Assembly: GCF_009914755.1 (NCBI RefSeq)
Contig: NC_060939.1
Source of the DNA: the human T2T-CHM13v2.0 reference genome, Homo sapiens
DNA length: 64,000 nucleotides
Reading direction: 5' to 3' (one strand)
Shown here: positions 11,153-22,507 of the stretch, one piece after another
Layout: each line of letters opens with the position of its first letter
Numbering within the stretch: position 1 is the first letter of the stretch
Notes under the pieces: model-generated
The model's input: the letters and a program-made list of their open reading frames with translations, nothing else
The model's database searches: none
Told to the model about the DNA's origin: nothing
Translations under genes and position numbers: made by a program

Positions 11153-13992
11153 CATGTTTTGTTTTTGGTACCTATTATACATGGAATTGTCTTCTTGATT
11201 TTTCTTTTAGATAATTTGTCATTAATGTACAGAAATTCTACGGATTTTTGTATCTTGATTTTATATCTTACAACTTTACTGAATTTATCAGTTCTAACAA
11301 TTCTCTGGTGGAGTCTTTAGGTTTTTCTATATACAAGATCATGTCATCTTCAAACAGGGACAACAATGTCTTCCTTTCCTACTGGGATGCCTTTTCTTTC
11401 TCTTGCCTAATTGCTCTTGCAAGGACTTCCGGTACTGTGCTGAATAGAAATGGCAAAAGTGGGCATTCTCGTTTTCTTCCTGATCTCAAAAGAAAAGCTT
11501 TTAACTTTTCAACATTCAGTATAACGTTAGCAGTGTGTTTGTCAATATGGCCTTTATTTTATAGAGGTACATTCCTTCTATACTTAATTTTTTAAAATTT
11601 TGTAGCACAAGAGAATACTGAATTCTGTCAAATGCTTTTTCTCAATTATCTCAATTATCTATTGAAATGATAACATGGTTTTGGCCTTTGTTCTCCTAAT
11701 GTTGTATATCACATTTTATGGATTCAGGTCTGTTGGATAATCCTTGTACCCTTGAGGTAAATCCCATATGATCACAGTAAATGATCCTTCTAATACACTG
11801 TTGAATTTAGTTATTATTTTCTTCAGAATTTCTGCATCTAAATTAAGAATACGGGTCTGTAATTTTCTTTTCCTGGAGAGTTCTTGTCTGGCTTTGGTAT
11901 CTAGGTAATGCTCATCTCCCAAAATGAGTTTGAAATTACTCCCTCTTCTTAAATTTCTCATAAAATTATGAGAACAATCTGTACTAGTTCTTCTTTAAAT
12001 GTCTGCTAGAATTCAGCAGTAAAGTCACCAAGTCTTGGGCTTCCTTTGGTGGGAGATATTTTTATGACTGATACAATCCTTGTCACTGGACTGTTCACAT
12101 TTTTCATTTCATGATTAAGCTTGGACAAGTTGCATGTGTCTAGGAATTTATCCATTTCTTCTATGGTAATCAATTTGTTGGCATATAATTGTTCAGTCTC
12201 TTATGATCCTCTTATTTCTTGTACTTCTCTGGTATCAGCTGCAATGGTTCCTCTTTCATTTCTGATTTAACTTGAGTCATCTCTTTTTTTCTTAGTCTAG
12301 CTAAAGACTTGTTGCTTTTATCATCAAAAAACACAACTCTTTATTTTTTTTATCTTGAGTCATCTCTTTTTTCCTTAGTCTAGCCAAATAACCTGTCTTT
12401 TGAGTTCAGATTCTTCTGTCTGCTTGCTCAATTCTGCTTTTAATGCTCTTTTGCATTTTTCATTCCATTTATTGCATTTTCAGCTTCAGAATTTGTTAAA
12501 AAATAATTTCAATCTCAAAATTTCTCATTTTGATTGCTGTTTTCCTGATTTTGTTGAATTGTTTATCTGCATTTTCTTGAAATTCATTGAGCTTCCTTAA
12601 ACAATTACTTTGAATTCTTTGTCAGGCAGTTCATATATCTCCATTTCTTTATGGTTGGTTCAGGTGCCTTATTGTGTTCCTTTGACTGGTGTCACGTTTC
12701 CCTGACTGTTCTTGATCCCTGTAGTCATGTGTTGGCACCTGCACATTTGAAGAAGCTGAGACTTGTTCCAGTCTTTGCAGAGTGACTTTATTGGGTAAAG
12801 CCCTTCACCAGTCAGCCTGTCCAGAGATTATGCAGCCTGAGTCTACAGGGGCTGGCCTGGAGTCTGGGTCAGCAGGGTAGGTCCTGGAGCCTTGGTACAC
12901 AGGTGCTGCTGGCCTGGCATCCTGGTCTACTAGAGTGAGCCTGAACCTTGGATCTGCAAGGACCAGTGTGAAGGCTGGGTAGGTGGATGTTGGCCTAGAA
13001 TTTGGATCACAAGGGGCTGGCCAAGTACTGGGTTTGGACCCTTGTTCTGCAGTGATGTGAGGCCACAGGGGCCGATCTAGAGGGCAGGGCTGCAGGGACC
13101 ACCCTAGCACTAGACAGGCTTAGAGCCTAGGGCTGTGGGATCCAGCTTGGTGCTGGGGTGGGTCTCCAAGCTTGGTTTGTGGGTATTGGCCTGAAGTTTG
13201 GGGCCATGGGGGCCTGCCTAGCATTGAGTTTTACTGGGGCGAGCTCAATGTTAGGGTCTAAGTCTGGTGTACACTTCCCCTCCTTCCCCCAGGTGAACAG
13301 TCTCTCTCTCCATGCTGGGATCTCAGGGACTGAGGGAGGTGTGACACAAGTAATGTAAAACTGTCCTTCTTACCCTTTTCAATGTGTCTTTTCTTATCTG
13401 TGTGCCACATTCAGGTAATCTCTCGTCTGGTTTCTTAGCTCTTATATTTTTGTGTGTAGACAGTTGTTCAAATTGATGGTTCTACAATGAGATGAGTGCT
13501 GCAAAGTGCTAGTCTGCCATCTTGCTGTTATCTAGACCTCAGGCTTTTCTTAAAACAACTCAACACTTTGGTCCGGCATCCCAACCTTTCCAATCATGGC
13601 CATCATCCACAGCATATAAATTCAAATACTCCAATGTTAACATCTTATGCACATGCCACTAATGATTCTGTTCCATCAGCTCTGCTAATATCCAACCCTA
13701 AAATACCATGCATAATCTTCTGGCTATTGGAGAAAAGTCTTTAAATTTCAAATGTGATAAAGTCTTTAATCTTAACTAGTCACTCAGTGGAATGAGATTC
13801 TCCTACTCTGATACGGTTTCTGATTTCAGGTAGCCAGCCAGTCAAGACTCTCAACTTCTGATCCACTTCTTCACCCATTCCCCTCAGTAACTTCCTAAGT
13901 TTTCAGTCTTCTCAAAACCTCTAAACAAACCTTGTATTCCACAAAATATTATTAAAAAATGTTTCATAAAAAGTTTCGTGGTCACTAACCTA

Positions 13993-14725
13993 CAGTAACA
14001 TACTACCTTATATCCACTACAATGACTACTATTGAAGTACACACACACACACACTCTCACACAATATGTGATGGCAAGGATGTAGAGAAACTGGACCCCT
14101 TGTGCACTAGTGGTAGAAATGCAAATAGGTACAGTTGCTCTGGAAGAGTATGGCAGTTTCTCAAAATTTTAAAAATAAAATTACCATATGATCCAACAAT
14201 TCCACTTCTGGGAAAACAATTCAAAGCAGGGTCTCAAAAAGATATTTGTACACTCCTGTTCATAGCAACATTATCTGTAATAGCTACAACATGGAAGCAA
14301 CCTGAGCGCTCATCAACAGGTAAATGGATAAGCAAAATGTGGTATATACATACAATAAAACATTATTCAGCCTGAAAAAGGATGCAAATTTTGAAACATG
14401 CTAAAGATGGATGAAACTTGATGACACTGCGAAGTAAAATAAGCCAATCATAAAAGGGCAAAAACTGTATGATTGCACTTATAGGGGGTACTTAGAGCAG
14501 TCAAAATTAGACACAAAGTAGAATAATGGTTGTCAGAGGCTGTGAAGATAAGGAAATGAGGAATTATTGTTTAATGGGTACAGAGTTTCAGTTCTGCAAA
14601 ACAGAGAGTTCTGATCGTGACTGTGCAACAATATTAATATACTTAATACCATTGAGCCAAATACTTAAAAATGGTGAAATGGAAAATTTTACATTATGTG
14701 TATTTTACTACAATTTTTTAAAGCT
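13993..14725 (+). mobile_element. L1MB-like 3' fragment
   Basis: ttaccatatgatccaacaattccacttctggg; remnant ORF ...KLPYDPTIPLLG... resembles the ORF2p C-terminus. Confidence 0.85.
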
Positions 14726-16063
14726 TAAAAGACAAGTCACATGGTTGGGTCACATAAATTTGAGAAATACATTTTATAGTCGTTTCTTGCAGATTCACAA
14801 TATATACCGGCATTTAAATAAGGTTCCAATATTTTCAGTAAAAAAATCTTGATTTTTCCACCCTCACCCACAATTACAATTAATATCACACATCCATCTT
14901 TACTTCCTTGTTCTAATTTCATTAGATGGGCATCTTTCCTCTTATTCAAGGTCAATCACTATATCTGCATTTTTCTTTTTTTATATTACCTGTATGAGAG
15001 ATACACCTGTATTTTTCATTCCAACCCTTAATACCTCGAAAAACTTTGCTTTGATAATTACTACCTCTATTATCTGAAACATCTTTAGTCTTCACAATAA
15101 ATCACTAAAGTCTTACTTACTTCATGTCCTAAATATTTGTCTTAAATCCAGAAAAATTTATTTTGAATTCCTATTATACCACTGTCATTGTCAAGGCTCT
15201 CACTGACTGAACTACCTTACCACCACACGTTTCTCTTCAATCCTTTCTCTCTTGCAAGGTTATTAAAAATACACGTTTGACAAACTTACTATCTACCTAC
15301 TGAGCAAATTCTTTGCTGACTCCCTAATACCTTCTATCACATCTTATCTTCTTCATTTTCCTACCTCTCAGCTAGTTTATGATCTAAAAGTCCTCAACTG
15401 CCTATTGTCCCCTACTCCCTATGCTGCTTCTAACTTTGGCTCATACTTCTGCCTGGAATAAGCCGCTCATGCTTCTAGCTGCCTGATTCCCAGTCACATT
15501 TCAAGACTGAACTTAGCATTTCCTGGCCACTCTTACTTCCCTGCCATCTACACTAGATTCCTATTGCATACCTGGGTACTCCAGTACTCCTTCATGTTAC
15601 TATTGTATTTTGGATACCATTCTACCTCAGTGACTGAAATTATTTGCTTCTGCATCTTTCACTCTTGAGTATAATATAAATTTCTGTAGGGTGAAAACTA
15701 ATTATTACGCATCTCTGTATCTATAACATAGTACTTGATGCCTTAAATATGGTAGGCGTTGAGACTGTTAAACTCAACTCTTTCCTCAACCTCCCTATTT
15801 CCCTACAACTGCTACCAGGGAAGCAAAAAGACTAAGAATTTAGGCGTGTGCATTTATCTATCTAGTAGTAGAAACCTAGTAAACTGTTACCGAGGTTTAG
15901 AGTTATCTGATAGGAAAAAAAGTAGGTATGTTCCTATCTCCCATTTACTGCTAAATGATTCCTTTCTTTTAACCAGAAATTATTTCCAAATAATGTGACG
16001 TAATTTAAAGCAGTCTAGGGCAACTCAAAATAAGAACCACAGTCTCAACCAAGTTACACTTAC

Positions 16064-16105
16064 ATTCGGCTAGCTTCAATGTCGTCAGACTGAGGTTCTC
16101 CTGAT
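16064..16105 (-). CDS. UBE3A: UBE3A 42-nt common exon (S-G-E-P-Q-S-D-D-I-E-A-S-R plus the AT of the isoform-1 start codon)
   Basis: Branch-like ctaac, then tttctcaattgcattttacag|A TCA GGA GAA CCT CAG TCT GAC GAC ATT GAA GCT AGC CGA AT|gtaagt. Confidence 0.97.
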
Positions 16106-16512
16106 CTGTAAAATGCAATTGAGAAACAGTTAGCAAAATATTCCATATTCCAAAAAAAAAAGGTAGACATATTACTTAGGAAGACAATTTTGTAAACAAG
16201 ATTTAAGCACTAAATAAAACAGTTTTAAAATTAAAGATGTCAACATGAAAGAAAGTGGTCAGATCAGGTGGCCATACAACACATTTATTTTAAGGGTTGG
16301 ACTATTAAAAAACTCAATGCATGTTTTTTAAAGGAAACTGTAAACGCTATACATAGATACCAACAGACAAGCCATTATAAGCCATAATTATTCACAAAGT
16401 CAAATACGTGTAATAAAACACACAACTAAAAAACTTCCTATAGCCAAGTATTGGTTATCCACATTAACAAAGGTACTCACTGGTATTCACTCACAGTATT
16501 AAACTTTAGATT

Positions 16513-16745
16513 AGTGGCTCAGTAAACTACTCCCTAGGCAGACAGACTAAAGCTTAGGCCAGCCATGTAGTTTTGTAAATGAAGTTTTATTGGGATGCAG
16601 CCATACTCATTCATTTAGGTATCATCTATGGCTGCTTTCACACTAAAAGAACAGAGCTGAGGACTTGTGGCAGAAACCACATGGCCCATAAAGCCTAAAA
16701 TATTTATTTTCTGGCCCTTTAAGAACAAATGTGCCAACCGCTACC
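16513..16745 (+). mobile_element. MER58A (hAT-Charlie)
   Basis: ttttgtaaatgaagttttattgg...cagccatactcattcattta...atggcccataaagcctaaaatattta. Confidence 0.85.
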
Positions 16746-17292
16746 GCTACTCCAGACAATTCAAACTAAAATCTAATACCTTGGTAAGTTTAAAGACACT
16801 TAAATCAGATACAACATTCTAATGATGATTATCTTGGTTCAACAATGAAACTGTTTCCCTAAAAATACACTTACTGTATGTATTACCTGTCAAAAGTGTA
16901 TCACCTGAGGTGAAGTTTTGCACTGGATAGCTGTGAATTAACTTCAGTTTTAAACAGTTGCCAGTTACTTTGTTATTTCTAAATATACTACTGCTCTCTT
17001 ATGTAGAAATATTTAAAATTCTAAGTCACTAAAAAGCCTTTCATTTTCATTTCACGAGATATGAATCAGTATTTCCCTATCTATTCACTTTTATAAACAG
17101 CATCAGCAACAATGAATGAGTCAATATAATATTGATTTCTAACACTTAGAAATTCCCAAACTAGATAAAAAATGTTTTTTGAGGTCAAAAGCTAAATTTT
17201 CAAATTGGCATTACAAAGTCCTGATTTGTGAACTTCTCACTGACTTTAGGCTTCCAACTTTAAGCAACTCTAACAAGAATCTTAAAATCAGT

Positions 17293-17326
17293 CACACACA
17301 CACACACACACACACGCACACACACA
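17293..17326. repeat. (CA)n microsatellite
   Basis: Direct reading; one CG interruption. Confidence 0.95.
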
Positions 17327-17666
17327 AACCTGTTTTCTAAATTTCTTAGCTAAAAACAAAAACAAAAACAAAAAACAACCCCTCACTTCTTTATCAGACT
17401 CTCAAAATTACCCTCACTGCAATTCATTCAGATTCCAAGGACAAGAATGGAAAAGGAAAAAAAAAAAAAAAAAAGACTCCAGCAGCTCAAATATTTATTT
17501 TAGATCTTCTTTGCAATGTATTTAAATTTTCAATTTTGCACAAAATTACATAAGAACTAAAAACTGGGGCATGCTGGAGGTGGCAGTGACTTGGCTGTGA
17601 CACAAATGCAAAAATTTCACTCCACCCTCTCCCCCAGGGAGCAAGCAAATCACCTATGTGACACAC

Positions 17667-17812
17667 CTGGTCTCCACCAGCCTTGTGGGTAAGTACCCCA
17701 AGATTGCTTCCAAACTTGTATCTCCCAGACAGAAGAGCTAAAAATTGATGATAACCCCATGTACCAGCTGACTCATTTTTGAAAGTGCGACCCTCCAGCA
17801 TCAGATGTCATA
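17667..17812 (-). other. UBE3A: Probable UBE3A alternative 5'UTR cassette exon (146 nt; possible internal acceptor giving 17667-17737)
   Basis: Acceptor ctctgcctccttacag|TATGAC, donor GAGACCAG|gtgtgt; unique non-repeat sequence between the 65-nt and 42-nt exons. Confidence 0.65.
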
Positions 17813-18555
17813 CTGTAAGGAGGCAGAGCTGGCTTGCAAAACAAAAAATAAACCTGCTGGCACTGAGGGAAGAGAGGCAGATTAGAAGTTTTCAAACACG
17901 TAGGCAGCAAAACTTTCAAAATTAACAGGGAAAGAGAAGAGAGGGAAAAAATGAGGACATGATGATAGGAAAATAAAAATATTACTGCAAAAAGGTAAGA
18001 CACAAGAAGAAAAACAAATCTAAGTCTTAGAAGTACAATATGTAACTGTTACAAAGTTTTGAGATCCTGAAATGGGATAGAGTTTAAATACATTATCAAA
18101 TGATAACTACATCTATCTTCCCAATTTCTGTTCCCTAAGCAAGAGAATATGTGAACTTTGGCATCAAAATGTTTGCCACCAAACTGTAACATATTAATTA
18201 CTACTTTTTACATATATTAAAGTAGGCTATTAAAAACCATTGATAAGACAAGCTAAGTAATTTAAACCAATCCAGTATAGAAGAAGAAGGATTGAAAGAT
18301 TATTACCTTAAAATAAATCTGTCCTGGGTCTATTAAACATAGCAAAGTTGTTCTACTCAAATTGGAAATTGTTTTTTAATCAAGAGAAAAATGAATATAT
18401 GCAGAACTAGCAGACATTTTTCTTGCAGTAATTTATAATAATTTCTGTCTGAATGAATTTCTACTCATCCTAATAACAGTATATTTCTAGAATATTATAA
18501 ATAAGTTACCAAAAGTCCCGAGGTTAGAATTCAAACTCTCAAAACTATGACATAT

Positions 18556-18884
<329 letters not shown>

Positions 18885-19220
18885 CTAAAGAGTCTACTTA
18901 TTCTTTTACTGCCAAGTTGCTGGAAGTAAGAATCCTGTATGTGCTTGTAAATGCAGAACATATAACCTAATTCAAAACATATAACCAAAGGGAAATTTTT
19001 GTATTAAACTATTGACTTAGGTTATCCTAAAGTGTGTCAGAATAACAAGTCAGAAATTTTAAAACTGAAACAATAACCAAATAACATTGGATAATAAAAT
19101 GTAAATCTCAGAATGAGAATCAATTTTAGGTCTTGATTTGAATCGCAGAAAATATGATCACAAAACACCCACTAATCTGAATACTGCAGCATGAGCTAGC
19201 AAATTCAAATGGTGGCTCAC

Positions 19221-19249
19221 TTCCAATAACACTGGTGCAGCTTCTCCAT
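19221..19249 (-). CDS. UBE3A: UBE3A isoform 2 N-terminus MEKLHQCYW(K), phase-2 end
   Basis: ATG GAG AAG CTG CAC CAG TGT TAT TGG AA| in strong context (AGGATGG). Confidence 0.95.
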
Positions 19250-19285
19250 CCTGCAAGCCACTCCTTTTACCTCCACTGTAACTCT
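19221..19285 (-). other. UBE3A: UBE3A 65-nt cassette exon carrying the isoform-2 start
   Basis: Acceptor acttttctctcctag|AGAGTTAC, donor TATTGGAA|gtgagc. Confidence 0.85.
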
Positions 19286-19688
19286 CTAGGAGAGAAAAGT
19301 ATACTAGTTTTATTAATGTTATAAAAACTTCTAGAGAAATGTTTAGTTAAAACGTTCACCACATAAAAGGCATACTTTAAAATGCATATTAAGAAATTTT
19401 TAATGTTTTCTATAATGTTTATAGTAAAATGTTTAAAACCTTGAAGTTTTTTTGAGAAATACTTTCCTGTTTATACATACAGATAGGTCTTTGATAGTGG
19501 CTACTGATATTTTTAATGAGAAAAAAAGACACTAAAATATTTTAAGGAGATTAAATGAAGTAGGTCAACTCTCAGGCCCACTATTCTTAGCAGTATTCCT
19601 GCCAACTATACATTGTCTTCATTTTTACAGTATGTATTTCACTTTACAATGACAGCCTTTTAAAGGCTGTAAAATAATTCAAAATTAC

Positions 19689-19708
19689 CTTTTACAAGCT
19701 GTGGCCAT
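19689..19708 (-). CDS. UBE3A: UBE3A isoform 3 N-terminus MATACK(R), phase-2 end
   Basis: ATG GCC ACA GCT TGT AAA AG| joined to |A TCA GGA gives MATACKRSG... Confidence 0.95.
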
Positions 19709-19808
19709 TCGGTGACATCAGGGTGATCACAGCTTTGAGTCACTGATTAAAAACAGGTTGTCACACCAGTCTAGCTGCTACCTTGATCTGAGCGTAGGCT
19801 TAATAACT
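19689..19808 (-). other. UBE3A: UBE3A 120-nt exon carrying the isoform-3 start
   Basis: Acceptor gtttgtttaatttattag|AGTTATTAAG, donor TGTAAAAG|gtaatt. Confidence 0.88.
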
Positions 19809-20508
19809 CTAATAAATTAAACAAACCTTTGGTTAGAACACTTTAATATATAAACCCAATTCATTGTTCAAAAAATAATATTCAAAGCTTCAAATTAGGT
19901 GTCAATGTAAAATTCATCAGAAGAGTAATTATTATAGAAAAGTTTTTAAGGACTATTTTCCAGCATTTTGTTTTTCTTAAATGATCTCTTCATTTGAGAA
20001 AATGTAATAATTCCTTGTACTTTTATGTAATGTTATAGTTTCTGAAGCATTTTGGTCAATAGTACCTTGAGTCTTATAACAACTTTGGCTTTACCTAATC
20101 AAGACAGATAATATACTAAGAATTAAAAAAAAAAAAATTAAGCAGCCTCCGAGTGATTAACTGACTTGCCCAAGATTTTGGAACTAGTGTTGAAGGACTG
20201 ACTAAAACCCAGATATACTGACTTCCTATCAAGGGATGGATTTTTTTGTTTGTTTTGGCTTAGTTTTGCTATACTGGGTTTCAAGATTTAAGTATATGTA
20301 AATGAGTAAAGATTCAGAACACAGATTGAGATCTTTCAAATACGGACAAATTCAGTCAAAAGATTCCTAAGCTGATAGAGCAATCAGTCACCAAGGAGGG
20401 CAACTGCTTAATGGAATAGTTATATACATACACATAAACACACACACATAAACACAAAGTCTAGTCCCACTAATTCTGTATGTACGTAAAGTCATTTAAC
20501 ATCAGTCA

Positions 20509-20753
20509 CCGCATGTTCTCACTCACAGGTGGGAACTGAACAATGAGAACACATGGACACAGGAAGGGGAACATCACACTCTGGGGACTGTTGTGGGGTG
20601 GGGGGAAGGGGAGGGATAGCATTAGGAAATATACCTAATGCTAAATGACGAGTTAATGGGTGCAGCACACCAGCATGGCACATGTATACATATGTAACTA
20701 ACCTGCACATTGTGCACATGTACCCTAAAACTTAAAGTATAATAATAATAAAA
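20509..20753 (+). mobile_element. Young 5'-truncated L1PA (L1PA2/3-like) 3'UTR
   Basis: Near-consensus L1PA 3' end (ctggggactgttgtggggtggggg...gtaccctaaaacttaaagtataataataataaaa); perfect TSD AACATCAGTCA at 20498-20508 and 20754-20764. Confidence 0.95.
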
Positions 20754-21709
20754 AACATCAGTCAAAACCCCTTAAGTACTGCATAAAAATATATTCTACT
20801 CTTTCTTGGCCATAAATCTACTAAGATTTAATTTCATGAAAAAGTATGGCAAAAGATGAAAGCATATCCTCCTCCCTCAACCAAATATCTTTTTAACCCC
20901 TTACATGGCCTTAGCTGAACTTTTCTGATTGTCACAGTTCAAATTTAGCAGGCCTCTTTACTGACACTGTAGTTCTGGCAAAGATACCATACATCTGAAA
21001 TATCCCAGTATCAAAAGATCATTTTGTGCAACTAGTTCTTTCCCCTCACGATTCCCCTATCCAGGCCAAATCTGAGGCATCAACTACGGAAAGATGAGGA
21101 AATTAGGAGGAAGAAACCTTTCATAATTAACATCCTCAAAGCAACAATAGTCAAGCGTAAAAGGTGGTTACCAGTGTGGATTCAGAACCCAATATAAAAC
21201 AGCAAGGTATCTGCGAATACCAACGGTTAAAACATGAATGTTTGAGCCCATACCTATGCAGCTATGAACGCAGGGCTTCAAAATCCAGATTAGGTGAGGA
21301 TTGGCCTGAATATATAAAAATAATTGCAGGGGATTCCAATAAATGGGATTTATAGTATCTGTAAGAAATAACGCAATCTCCCAGATACTCCTATCCTAAC
21401 TATACATTGCCTAATAAGAACTTAGACATTGCTGAGGTCATATGGGAAACACCACCTTCCCTAAAATAAACAATGTGGTCATGATACAGCTTCCCCTTGG
21501 GTTCTCAAGAGACTAATGGTATGTGGAATTAGAAGATTCAAACAAGTCTAACTTTCCATCTTGTAAACACAAAAATAATAAAGTTAAAATATCTTTTAAT
21601 TGACTAATTGACCTCAATGTAATTAAAGAGCTATATGTATTTTGAAAACTAGAGTCAAGTCCTCTCTTCCAGTCCCCTCTTTTATGAGATCCGGTGCTCA
21701 AAAGGCTCC

Positions 21710-22278
<569 letters not shown>

Positions 22279-22507
22279 TCAATCTTTTTATGCATATTAT
22301 TTTACCTCTCATAGCACACTAATCTCTTGTAAATTTTTTCAGCACCCTACCTGGGTCCCTCATACAGTCTTGGAAGTGTAGTTAGTGAGCACCTGACACA
22401 ATGCTTTAAAAATGGCAGGGGCCCAAATTTGCTGAACACATCTGTCATTATTATGACATTAAGATACACATGCAATACGAATTCCAAAAAATAAAACAAA
22501 AACATAC

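Larger units (their letters stand above)
8655..13527 (-). mobile_element. L1MA-type element with 3' end, part of ORF2, internal deletion, ORF1 remnant and 5'UTR
   Basis: Reverse L1MA 3'UTR from ~8660; T-rich reverse ORF2 to ~12350; GC-richer 5'UTR 12790-13340; terminal GCCATCTTG (L1 5' YY1 motif) at 13516-13524. Confidence 0.8.

Noticed and set aside
14022-14375. ORF resembling L1 ORF2p C-terminus (also 9914-10240, 11716-11961)
   Set aside because: Decayed L1 remnants with stops and frameshifts; not functional.
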